DNA of 64,000 nucleotides from Raillietiella orientalis (Eukaryota): NCBI GenBank assembly GCA_036172245.1, contig JAYWIR010000089.1, positions 62,001 to 126,000 of the forward strand, read 5' to 3'. Shown piece by piece: positions 24,201 to 31,935 of this stretch (position 1 is its first letter; each line of letters starts with the position of its first letter). The notes under the pieces were generated by a model. It saw only the letters and a program-made list of their open reading frames with translations, ran no database searches and was not told where the DNA came from. The position numbers and the translations under genes were made by a program.

Positions 24201-25594
24201 CAGCCGGAAGCCGTATCCCGATGGTTGCGGGTGCAAGGACACAAAAGATTGTAAGCACTATTGCCTCAAAGATGAGGTCACCGGATTCATGACTTGCAGT
24301 AAGTCCCTCTTTTGCAAAACCAAAGCGCAAACGCTCGCGTACAGTAATCATTCGCCAAGTCTTGCATCTGCAAAGCAGTAGGCATTAGAAGTGGCAGTGG
24401 CTGAACCGGTCAGCTTCTTGCTGCACAATTTGCAGCGCAGAGTCGCGCGCCAGCACGAGCGCATGCGCTCTTTTTGTATCCGACACGACCACGCGGAATG
24501 TTTACAGATGTTGCTTTGAGGCTAAGATAATGTGTCTAAGATGATATGCCCCCTAAATATGTCAAAGCTAGAAGTTTCTGCTCTCACGAGCTTGAAAGAT
24601 AGGTCGCTGTTTTTCCTGAGCTCAAGGACACTTGCTTTTCGTTTAGAATGTCCGTGCCTGAACGGCGGTAAATGTGAACCGAGGTTCCGGAAGCGAGTCT
24701 ACTGTGCGTGCCCCCGGCAGTACTACGGAAGTCTTTGTCAGTGGAAAAGATGGAGTGAGTACTAAAGAGCTACTTGGTTTTTTTTCCCTCCGATGTACAA
24801 CATCGTGCCGCTCAGTGCATACACCCATTAACTCTGAATCCCCCGTAACGTTTCAGTTCACTTCATATTGTGGATATGCACTGATGCAAACTTTTGTGTT
24901 TTCCAGAGCTGGGTACGCTTGCCATGATCATCCTCATTATAATTGGGGTGCTTCTCTTGCTCCTCTTGGTTTGTGCGATTTTGCATTTCCTATTCAGAGA
25001 CAGAGGAGGTTTGTACATTGGCGAATCAGTTTATCCGACTCGGTTTCGCGTGCTGAGATTCTTTCGTGGTCACATTTCTCAAGAACGCGAGCGTTTTTGC
25101 ATTGTGCACCTCCCGTCGCCCACCCGGGGTCGATCTGTCCGTCTCGAGCGAATGGGAACGAATGCAGTAATTAAGTTCTCTGCCGGCGCAGTCGTCGGAA
25201 CGTGCCTTTGCAAGTGAAATCGAAATGCAAAGGTGAACCGGGTGGACATAGCCGCGTGCACCTGCGAAACACTTGCATGTGTTTGCCGTGCAAGTGACGC
25301 GCGGCGTTTCCTCCCCCCGGCAAATGGTCACCTTCTCGGTCAGCTTTCAAACGGACGGGAAGGTGCGGCCCCCTGCTGAAAATGGATGCCGCAACCGATC
25401 ACAAGACTGTTTCCGTCACGGCATCGTCAAGTCGTTGCAGGACAGGCCGAGAATTGGGAGAACGCGTTATCCCTTTGCCGCACTGCGCTCGCGCTTCCGA
25501 ATGGGACTTCCCGATGCACTCCATCGGCTGCGAAAGGGTTCCAAGCGGCTACCTGATGGAAGCAGATCCACTTGCATTGAGTTTCTGCCGATAG
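3121..25594 (+). CDS. Multi-exon gene for a type I membrane protein: 40 tandem Cys-rich modules + EGF + TM + cytoplasmic tail (5' end/signal peptide not located)
   Basis: Manually assembled AG..GT exons, all internal exons phase 1-1 with lengths divisible by 3 and no stop at any consecutive junction. Recurrent motif C-x(5-13)-C-x-C-x(~5)-C-x(2-5)-C-x(~4-10)-C-(G). Ends with EGF (24647-24754), TM (24907-25008), terminal exon (25344-25594) and AATAAA at 25674. Confidence 0.85.
3722..3853 (+). CDS. Cys module exon 1 (PLERKKIPCEKQAIKDENCPCSRTRGNECWGCCGSQNKCVKDE)
   Basis: ttccag acceptor / gtaacc donor, 132 nt, phase 1-1. Confidence 0.75.
5482..5499 (+). CDS. 18-nt linker microexon ((C)PEVLP)
   Basis: ttttag|GTCCAGAAGTTCTTCCAG|gtgagt, phase 1-1. 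Confidence 0.65.
5778..5873 (+). CDS. Cys module exon 2 (CPKASKALFGCPCSKKDPCIDGLECSSDGLC)
   Basis: tttcag/gtaagg, 96 nt. Confidence 0.9.
5938..6027 (+). CDS. Cys module exon 3 (ICKTPGNYNCPCLTNETCSYPYKCINGTC)
   Basis: gcaag/gtgagt, 90 nt. Confidence 0.85.
6066..6158 (+). CDS. Cys module exon 4 (LICPSHMQPEGCFCLTGDRCMSGICKRKRC)
   Basis: ggaag/gtaagt, 93 nt; implies a 38-nt intron upstream. Confidence 0.8.
7713..7799 (+). CDS. Cys module exon 5 (CEPLPRSPYCGCTAPAWCTSKNCVHGKC)
   Basis: gttag (or in-phase ccatag, start 7707)/gtaaga. Confidence 0.85.
8937..9008 (+). CDS. Cys module exon 6, 4-Cys variant (PSTGRCRTELDCAKGYSCSGGRC)
   Basis: ttgcag/gtaagt, 72 nt. Confidence 0.85.
9197..9289 (+). CDS. 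Cys module exon 7 (IICTKIPLAPTCPCEQPGSCSIKSCSAGRC)
   Basis: ttgtag/gtaagt, 93 nt. Confidence 0.9.
9599..9694 (+). CDS. Cys module exon 8 (VCIRSLGTRNCPCPCAPGYKCATITKMVERC)
   Basis: tttcag/gtaaat, 96 nt. Confidence 0.85.
11171..11263 (+). CDS. Cys module exon 9 (PNCNASVNVVGCPCEENKECTSFTCLRRKC)
   Basis: tttcag/gtaagt, 93 nt. Confidence 0.9.
11788..11883 (+). CDS. Cys module exon 10 (SCGESHGLEDCPCLSNMDCAYDLACSTFGFC)
   Basis: ttctag/gtgagt, 96 nt. Confidence 0.9.
12060..12158 (+). CDS. Cys module exon 11 (RRLQCEKAVSALFCPCDGKKCASELECKTNLC)
   Basis: ttttag/gtaagt, 99 nt. Confidence 0.9.
14042..14146 (+). CDS. Cys module exon 12 (HPIEACKSSLYKGPSCPCSHPEECASQLCKREIC)
   Basis: ttttag/gtgagc, 105 nt. 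Confidence 0.9.
14357..14455 (+). CDS. Cys module exon 13 (VCSGSGRDVNCDCFTREDCKKSFICDSTKHVC)
   Basis: tttcag/gtatgc, 99 nt. Confidence 0.9.
14765..14857 (+). CDS. Cys module exon 14 (PGCGEPVRSPGCPCAKDKECITEDCYQNRC)
   Basis: tcatag/gttagt, 93 nt (in-phase alternative acceptor, start 14771). Confidence 0.85.
16099..16191 (+). CDS. Cys module exon 15 (RCPPHDKPRGCPCTQSPECSRNLICIHNVC)
   Basis: tttcag/gtgagt, 93 nt. Confidence 0.9.
16442..16534 (+). CDS. Cys module exon 16 (PRCDTTPLLSLCTCKSPSECASGVCYDGLC)
   Basis: ccctag/gtaagt, 93 nt. Confidence 0.9.
17418..17510 (+). CDS. Cys module exon 17 (PCSKKPGETNCACSSPDDCQGSCDEKAAVC)
   Basis: ttgtag/gtaaga, 93 nt. Confidence 0.9.
17855..17947 (+). CDS. 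Cys module exon 18, 4-Cys variant (NYCSKGKILHSGGSCPPGYSCVKTLTKGIC)
   Basis: tcttag/gtaagg, 93 nt. Confidence 0.8.
18560..18640 (+). CDS. Cys module exon 19 (PSALCASTKSTCVCPHPKWCIRSCAC)
   Basis: tgtaag/gtacgt, 81 nt. Confidence 0.7.
18689..18793 (+). CDS. Cys module exon 20 (MCVYPAPKKCPCAVPSSCQGKLMCKYYDDYSGVC)
   Basis: ctttag/gtaggc, 105 nt. Confidence 0.85.
18843..18935 (+). CDS. Cys module exon 21 (EACVTEKLFPYCPCSSSFQCASGTCIDEFC)
   Basis: ccgaag/gtaggg, 93 nt; acceptor less canonical. Confidence 0.8.
19032..19124 (+). CDS. Cys module exon 22 (ICRSDSRGEYCQCEKDEDCETSLRCKEGVC)
   Basis: ttgcag/gtgagt, 93 nt. Confidence 0.9.
19394..19492 (+). CDS. Cys module exon 23, 7 Cys (RFKCPPNPPFPPECHCTRDSQCACRICYKGKC)
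   Basis: ccctag/gtgagt, 99 nt. Confidence 0.85.
19702..19794 (+). CDS. Cys module exon 24, 7 Cys (TTSSACGKHSCNCIRDGDCATGSICVDCYC)
   Basis: taacag/gtgagt, 93 nt. Confidence 0.85.
19845..19940 (+). CDS. Cys module exon 25 (KCEYPLTPGCYCSNSHQCEGTCNLDDLKCVP)
   Basis: tttcag/gtaaac, 96 nt. Confidence 0.9.
20137..20238 (+). CDS. Cys module exon 26 (SLCKFVGAPGCFCTKDPSICLDECVSVPGVGYC)
   Basis: tttcag/gtaggc, 102 nt. Confidence 0.9.
20456..20557 (+). CDS. Cys module exon 27 (SCQNPPYSSFCPCEKGDDCLSLTCIKEICAPVD)
   Basis: tcgtag/gtcagt, 102 nt. Confidence 0.85.
20622..20714 (+). CDS. Cys module exon 28 (TCAKMSTRPPLCSCSHPSQCLHSLCLSKSC)
   Basis: aattag/gtgcgt, 93 nt. Confidence 0.85.
20774..20887 (+). 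CDS. Cys module exon 29 (LKDACAERSKEGCPCISKTSCKGKPCYAVVDNFKKCT)
   Basis: cctcag/gtagta, 114 nt. Confidence 0.8.
20934..21017 (+). CDS. Cys module exon 30 (CPGGGGCPCSTSCITCIIHARGYICDG)
   Basis: cttcag/gttgtt, 84 nt. Confidence 0.8.
21097..21186 (+). CDS. Cys module exon 31 (ICKLPVKAPGCPCLIDSECEQKFCSGNAC)
   Basis: actcag/gtgtgt, 90 nt. Confidence 0.85.
21231..21341 (+). CDS. Cys module exon 32 (CSMPSPDGCACSFPEDCYNLCEEQPGTGFLKCGDSK)
   Basis: ctctag/gtacgt, 111 nt. Confidence 0.85.
21432..21539 (+). CDS. Cys module exon 33 (KCSRKKEDGCACEFNVQCRSRVCVKRDPKSVFGTC)
   Basis: ttccag/gtgagt, 108 nt. Confidence 0.9.
22006..22110 (+). CDS. Cys module exon 34 (SRCEVVPRSPFCKCRSPKECKHGFCAKTGWKKEC)
   Basis: gtgtag/gtacga, 105 nt. 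Confidence 0.85.
22181..22270 (+). CDS. Cys module exon 35 (DCRTAPRSPGCSCITNSHCKGHCRKKHCS)
   Basis: tttcag/gtaccg, 90 nt. Confidence 0.9.
22557..22673 (+). CDS. Cys module exon 36 (SGCSRKKMRPSGCPCVIPGECLSEECVQSESGKGMSCA)
   Basis: ttccag/gtaggg, 117 nt. Confidence 0.9.
22776..22892 (+). CDS. Cys module exon 37 (YCFSVRGTLSAFLSSGCPCSRDIQCLGWMKCHKTTGTC)
   Basis: tttcag/gtagag, 117 nt; an internal in-phase acceptor (start 22824) is also possible. Confidence 0.75.
23303..23395 (+). CDS. Cys module exon 38 (DCSSVPKTTGCPCDDDSDCFNHCIKGLCDN)
   Basis: ttgcag/gtaagc, 93 nt. Confidence 0.9.
24020..24127 (+). CDS. Cys module exon 39 (LCSGSNRPDGCSCEINDECISRACLVVFTTGFKKC)
   Basis: atttag/gtgagc, 108 nt. 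Confidence 0.9.
24194..24298 (+). CDS. Cys module exon 40 (HCSRKPYPDGCGCKDTKDCKHYCLKDEVTGFMTC)
   Basis: ctccag/gtaagt, 105 nt. Confidence 0.9.
24647..24754 (+). CDS. Juxtamembrane EGF-like exon (CPCLNGGKCEPRFRKRVYCACPRQYYGSLCQWKRW)
   Basis: gtttag/gtgagt, 108 nt; EGF consensus PCxNGGxC...CxC..xYxGxxC. Confidence 0.9.
24907..25008 (+). CDS. Transmembrane exon (LGTLAMIILIIIGVLLLLLLVCAILHFLFRDRG)
   Basis: ttccag/gtttgt, 102 nt; long hydrophobic stretch followed by basic residues. Confidence 0.85.
25344..25594 (+). CDS. Probable terminal cytoplasmic-tail exon (FKRTGRCGPLLKMDAATDHK...ADPLALSFCR*)
   Basis: ggtcag acceptor in phase 1, open to TAG at 25592-25594, AATAAA about 80 nt downstream. Confidence 0.5.
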
Positions 25595-25673
25595 CCAATG
25601 CTGATTTTCAACACGCGCCAGCAACTCATCCCCTATTTCTGTTCTAGGGCGCAAGGTAGTGCCCTCTCCTTCC

Positions 25674-25679
25674 AATAAA
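25674..25679 (+). terminator. Putative polyadenylation signal AATAAA of the Cys-repeat gene
   Basis: AATAAA downstream of the predicted stop; a second one lies near 25851. Confidence 0.45.
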
Positions 25680-26581
25680 GAATACGCCATGCTTATGGAA
25701 ATGAAGTGACCACGTCGTTGCCTCTGCACGTCGGCAATTTGCCCGGTCACCTGCCTTTTCTCCATCACAGGAGCAACACGTTTTCCAACATATTATTTTG
25801 TGTATGTGTGTACTTCCCCTCCCTTTCCTTCAGATGGAGCAGTCCCACTTAATAAATAATGTTTGATGCTGCGATTTGTTTTCCAGTCATCATCAGCATT
25901 ATTTGTCTCTTGTTATTCTTGCCTACTCTTTCAAGTGTTTCTAAGAAGAGAACATCGATGATTACTAACGGATAAGAACACTTTTCCAAACCCACCATTT
26001 ATTGTTTGCAAAGTCCATTCCTTACATTATGTTTGCGTGACTTTTTTCTTCTTCATCCTCATTTCTTTGTTTCCTGAACACAGTCTTACGTTCTGACGCT
26101 CCGTGTTTCATAACAGAAACAAAGAAGTACAAAACCCAATATTGATTTCCTTAATCTTTGAGTTTAAGGACTCTTTGAAACGATGAAAAAAGAACAATGA
26201 AGATTTCGTATGCATCATGTGGTTTTCCTCCCTTGAATTCACGTTTCCCAGCTTCCTTTTCTCATAATTCCTTTTGAAATCGATTTTAGGGGGTTCCCAT
26301 AACTATTATTACTGCTGCAGCGCAACACAAGAACAACTGAACTCAGATCACTCCGAGATTCTTAGCGTTTAGTCACTTTTAAAAAAGTTTCGCAAGATTG
26401 ATGTTTCGTCCGAGAGCATCACTCTTTTGCTGAGAAATTTCGAGTTCCTCTTGGACCCAAAGATTCCCAGCCCGAAGAAAATTGTACGATAAAGTTGGCG
26501 CGGTCTTCACATCCGTGGGACTGAATCATCCTTGAGATATCGGATTCTTCTCTGCAGATATACGTCTACCTGAGTTCGCCT

Positions 26582-26690
26582 GGTCAAGTGTAATGTATGC
26601 AAGGAAAAAGTTGATCCTAGAAAACGCTTCTCCGGGACTGGCAGGACGTTCCCGGAAGCTCTTTCTGACTTGCATACATTACACTTGACC
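26582..26690. repeat. Inverted repeat/hairpin with perfect 22-bp arms (MITE-like or hairpin RNA)
   Basis: GGTCAAGTGTAATGTATGCAAG (26582-26603) is the exact reverse complement of 26669-26690; the interior is also partly self-complementary. Confidence 0.85.
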
Positions 26691-26999
26691 TCTGTTCTTT
26701 AGAAGGATGTGATTGTGAATGAGAACATGGCTCTGAGACAAGCATCCCGTTGTAGTTCGACGATTCACCTTGCTTTTCGTAGGGAAATTTTATCTTCCTT
26801 TTGATATCTCAGACAAGTCGATCCAGACTCCTCTCACGTGAGGACATCAAAGAACGCTCTTCGGATCAGTATACCTTACTCTGGACATTCACTTTCCCAG
26901 TATTTTTGCTGCAAACTCGCTGACGAGGGTTTCTCTTTCCAGTCCCTCCAGCCGCAAATCTCAACCCACACGCGGTTTTCGCGCTCCAGGAAAGGGGAT

Positions 27000-29900
27000 C
27001 GGGCTCTTTGCTCGTCATGCCGTGCTGACTGACTGAAGGAATTGTTATGGGTGTGTCTGCCGGGTGCTTTCGGGAATTCGGCGTCCTCACCCTTACCAGT
27101 GCTCACTTTGGAAGCTCCTGTGCGATTTCAGCAGGCATCATTTGTTCCATCGCCTCTTTCTCTCTCGCAGGGTCACCAGGAGTGAACCGCCTGTGGAAGG
27201 ATTCCAAGAAGTCGGGACTTCAGACGAAACGTCTCGGTGGCCATACTCCTGACTTCTCAATCTGTAACAGGGTTACGGCCAAGTTAGGGAATCACAGGGG
27301 TTGAGATAGTCATAGCTCACCCAAACATTCTATGGTTTAGAGAGAAGGAAAGAAAGGCCGTTCTGATGTGATGTGACACAAGTTTCTGGCTAAGTTCCAG
27401 GATCCCTAGACGATGGACGCATCTAGCTTTGGGGCATTTCGATTATTTTGTTTCTGCTGAAACTTGCGCTGGGGGGCAGTGAGACAGTTCCTCGGTTCGC
27501 TACTCGTCTGACAACATTCTCAGGAATGTGGCCTAGCGCTCAAGGTGCTAGCTGGTTCCCCTTCGACTTGCGTAGATGGTGCATTTGCTTTCGAGAGTTT
27601 ATCCAGAGAATGATTTCAAGAGAACGGAGGCTGCGAACTGGGGGATATGTCATCGACCAGGTGATGGGATCCCTGCTCGTCGACAGAATCGAAGGCCTTT
27701 TGTGCTTCTGAGCACCACGACAGCCTCTCAATACGCTGTGAATATACAAAACATCGTGGTCTGTTCAGAACATTTGGAATCTCAGGCTGTAGCCGAAAGT
27801 GTCCAAAAGAAAACACGAAACAGCAAATTTTACAAAATACAACACAGTAATCAGAAGATCTGCCACAGTCTCTCCACCTTTCCTGAATTTGAAGAGTTTT
27901 CATACTCACGGCTGAACTCTTTCAGGAAATCCGAGGGTTCGCTGCTTCCTTTTTAAGCCTATTGGAAACTTTACTCGTGAAGAGCTTGGAAGAGTTCCAT
28001 AATTCCGAATATGCTTGGGTGCGAATGATGGATGGATATGAACTTTGGAACTCTTGGCTGGTTTCACAAGTAGGAGATGATGATTTCGCGAATCTTTCTT
28101 TTCTCGAGAGCAATGCATGCAGTTTATGCTTGCGGTCTGAACCTTGTGCAGACGAGAACAGCTCTCTAAAGAGAAAACTTCTATGTTTCTTCCCTTCGTG
28201 CATTTCATCGAGTGCATCTCACATGGTGGACCGGTTTTGCTGCTGACCTCGCTCGTCCATGTCAAACGATGAACCAGGTCAGAAGGCATAGATAAATCGT
28301 ATTTTTATATTTATCATTGCAATCCATCCTTGACATCATCTCTTTGAGAACTAGATTAACTTGCTACTCCCTAGAGTTCCAGTAAATGTTGTTTCCCTCA
28401 TGAGCCTTTTTACCTCCTTTTGATAAACAAAGATTACAACTTATTAAAAAACCGACTCTTCCAAAAAAAACTTTATTCAGCAAACGTGTGACATGAGGAA
28501 GCTGAGATCTGGACGTATTTCGCTAGCAGTGGTCAAGTTCAAACGACCTAGTTCTACTTCGCACTAGAACGCGTTGCGGTTGTGAAGCGTTGCAGACGCC
28601 ACCGAAAGAAAATGGGCATTCATGATGCCATATCATGAAAGCAACCAACGCTACAAGATCTGCAAATCCTTGGATCCAAAAGTGGTAAAAAGCGAAAATC
28701 CGATGAGTAGAACAGAAGATGAAATCAAGATGTACACTGAACGCGCGGCGAGTGACATGTGTCCGATGCCTTTCCAGCAATCAAGAAAAGCAAACAGAAG
28801 TCATGGTATGTTCCCAGGATGGCACAGGTCCATGATTCAAGGCAGCATGGCAATCCAGACTGCTTCCAGGCCTGTAACTGTAAACGACGTGCTACAAACC
28901 ACAAGGTGAGCTCCGACTGCATTTTATCCGAAGATGTTAATCTTCTGATAGGAAACTCGGAACCTGTCTCAGAATTCCGTGACCAGGGTCCAGCACTGAC
29001 AAACGACGGGACAAGCACTTAGAGTGGAACGCTCTTGTAATTTGAAGCTCATGAGAACCTCCATGCCTGACTTTCGTTGGTTCAGAATGGAAGTATGAGA
29101 GCACCTAGAAGCTAAACGACACTGTGAAACACTGAACTCTTTGGGAGGGCCTCCAAGTGAACCATGAACTGCGAGATCACCAGCTTCCGTGGTGGTGAAG
29201 ACACCAATGGCCAGACTGAACTAGCGGTCCAAACCATAGACAATGTACAATCTTTTTCCTCATCTATCATATGCACCTCCGAACTTACAACAAAGGCACA
29301 ATTGCACGACGACAGCTCCTTCCCAAAACCCCGGCGTTGAATCAAAAAGAGCCGTCGTCCGGCGGAGCGTCCGCAGCAACGCAGTTTCCCTTGGTAGCCG
29401 GTTGACTTTCTGGTAGCCATCTCGTCAGAGTCGTAAGGCTGCTCCAGCTGTCATGCGCGCACACACACTGGACAAAGACCGAGCACTACTCCTTGCTGAC
29501 CCCTCCACCATCAGGATGATGAACTTTCCACATCCAAAATAACCAAATTCACAGCTGCGTGCGGATCCTGGTGACCGACAACGGGATCTTTCTGTGACTG
29601 TCATCTACGTTGTCAAGTTGGCTTCAGGAAAAATAAGGATGTCTGGCTACCTGCTCAACACATGGAAGCTGCCTTGATCGCAAGGACGAGAACCCACATC
29701 ACAATGGGACCCAAAATGATCCCTGTCGCATGCACACACAGAGACTCGCGACACGTCATTGACCTTTGCGACCGTAAAAGTGCTCACCTCAGAGGTTTCC
29801 TTCAACAACACTATGAACCGATTGTACCTAAGCAGAACATACAGACATCGCCGAATGATATTTCACTGGAAGAGGGGCGAGCACAGCCTTGTGAAACACT

Positions 29901-30300
29901 GGTAACGTCGTTCTGTTCTGCCCCTGACGATTTTGAACAAGCGATTTCCCACAAGCAGAGCTCCTGGCCCTCAACTAAGCCTCCCACTCTTGGAACGCGG
30001 TGGTTGGCAGAGACAAGGAGCTCAGGCACAGCGCAGGTGAATTTGACTCTCCGAAAGTACAGGAGAACTTAGCAGACCGATTTCCTGCTCAAGTCCTCAT
30101 CACAAGAGATGCAGGAATTTTCATGCTCTCATCATGGGTCCTGGTGCTGGGGAGTGCACGGCCATCCCGAGCGTCAGTCAAAGCGGTCAGCGGACCCTGC
30201 ATGGTGATTGGTCACTTGACAGGATCTTTGCTGCCTCTGCACGCCAAGTGCTTCAAAGGAAGGAGAACTAGGTGATCTTACGAAATGCCAGTTGAGCAGC
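27000..30300 (+). mobile_element. Highly decayed non-LTR retrotransposon ORF2 fragments
   Basis: Scattered motif echoes: QENGGCELGD (about 27616, cf. GGLGLxD), FLQQHYE...DISLEE...SAPDD (about 29800-29930, cf. I(T/S)xEE...GPDG), LADRF (about 30070). Boundaries approximate. Confidence 0.3.
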
Positions 30301-31332
30301 ACATCTCACGAAATGCAATCATTCTAGCCAGGCAGTCACCTCGGTGCCTTTGGGACTAAGTCAAAAGGGTATCCAGCGGATACCTTGACGAGCTGGCTCC
30401 CCCTTGCAGGAATACACGTTCGTTTGCTGTTGCTGCGCACCACATTCGTCCTGATAGTTGGCGATCTAAAGCTCTTGGATCCGGAGGTGGGATTCCTGCG
30501 AACTGGCGGCCATTCGAGTTGTAACAACCATCCATGACGGGCGATTCTGTGGTTTCGTGGGAATGTCGAAGGCGGCTGCGGAAGACTCCGATCAGCTAAG
30601 CCTATCTGAGGAATACTCACCGATCCTGACCAGACTCACAGAGATGACAGACTATGACGCTGCTGCGCACTATCCAGCCACCCATGTAGCCAGATAAACT
30701 CCCGGCACATCCGAGTGAAAAGCATCAAACATGCGTAGGACGATTTTTGTTCTCAGTTTCCACGTCCTATCGATGTTGAGATGAAACGCTAGACGGAAAT
30801 ATGAAAATAAAAAACCGACTCTTGCGTTTCTCGCAACATCTGCAGAGTCGCTTTTTTTGGTTAAGCTCTCGTGAGGGACGTGCGCTTCGACGGGGACGGT
30901 CGAGTCGACCAGCTGACTCTCACTTGGCATGCGGCAATTTCGGCAAGGAGGGCCACCGTCTGCGGAAGTGTTTTACCAAAAACTCCCTCCAGCATAAAAT
31001 GCTTGACCAGTCTATCAAAGAGTGAGCCGAGCTCCTGAGGAAAGAACAGGTGAGGAATCGCCTTGCATCCACTCCGTCTGCACCGAAAACTTCGCCCGCA
31101 TCGTCGGGAGAGCAATCCGCCGCAAACGCCGCTCCGCCCCACAGTGTAGCCCCCGCAAGAAGGATCGCGCGGGCGTTTCAGGGGACAAAAAACCAAGAAA
31201 TTGCGCGCAGAAGGGCAAAAAGCCACGTCGCTCTGCGGCAAATAAGTTCCGCGAGACGCAGACAGGGGAAAACATCCCGGAGAAGACTGAACAACCGCCC
31301 GCGTCCTTCCCCGCGTCGGATCGGAATGCAGA

Positions 31333-31935
31333 TTGCTCACGCGACTAATTGTCCAAGTCCGCAATGGAGGGTTCGTGGTCTCTCAAACCATGGAAGACAA
31401 GCCGTCCACGGCGATCCAAGCCTCTGGGAAGGCTGCAAAGCCTCTCAAGACTCCGGTGAATCCTGCCACTTTGCCCGCACCTTCTAATAAGGAAGCGCAA
31501 GAGGAAACTGTCGCAAGGCGTCTCCTGGCCGCGATAGCAAAACAAGTGCCTCTAGCAGGGGTTCAAAAGACCCTGCACGCTCTCGCGTCCAGAGGTGGAA
31601 CCCCTGAGGACAGCGACGCTGGCTGGACGCTAGTGAGGGAGAAGAAGAGGAAGGAAAAGAGGAAGAGTAGGGATCTTTCTCACTTCCTTATCCTAAAGGT
31701 AGGCGGAGCAAGGAAGCAGCCCCGCGCTCCAAGAAAGGCAGAGGACAAAGCTTCAGCCGCGGCCGCGTGCGCCGTCGCTGTCGCCCGCAGCGAGAGGGAA
31801 GCAGCTGACGCCGAAACCTGGAAAGCGGCATCGGTGCCCGCGGCAACCTCCACGAGTGCTGGACAAGCTGTAAGCTGCCAGCAGAAAAGCCGACAGCCAA
31901 AACGTCTGTCTCGCGCACAGCATTCGGACTCCTAG
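31333..31935 (+). mobile_element. Possible retrotransposon ORF1/gag N-terminal-like fragment
   Basis: 200-aa Ala/Lys/Pro-rich ORF with GWTLVREKKRK, typical of LINE ORF1 linkers; no diagnostic domain. Confidence 0.25.
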
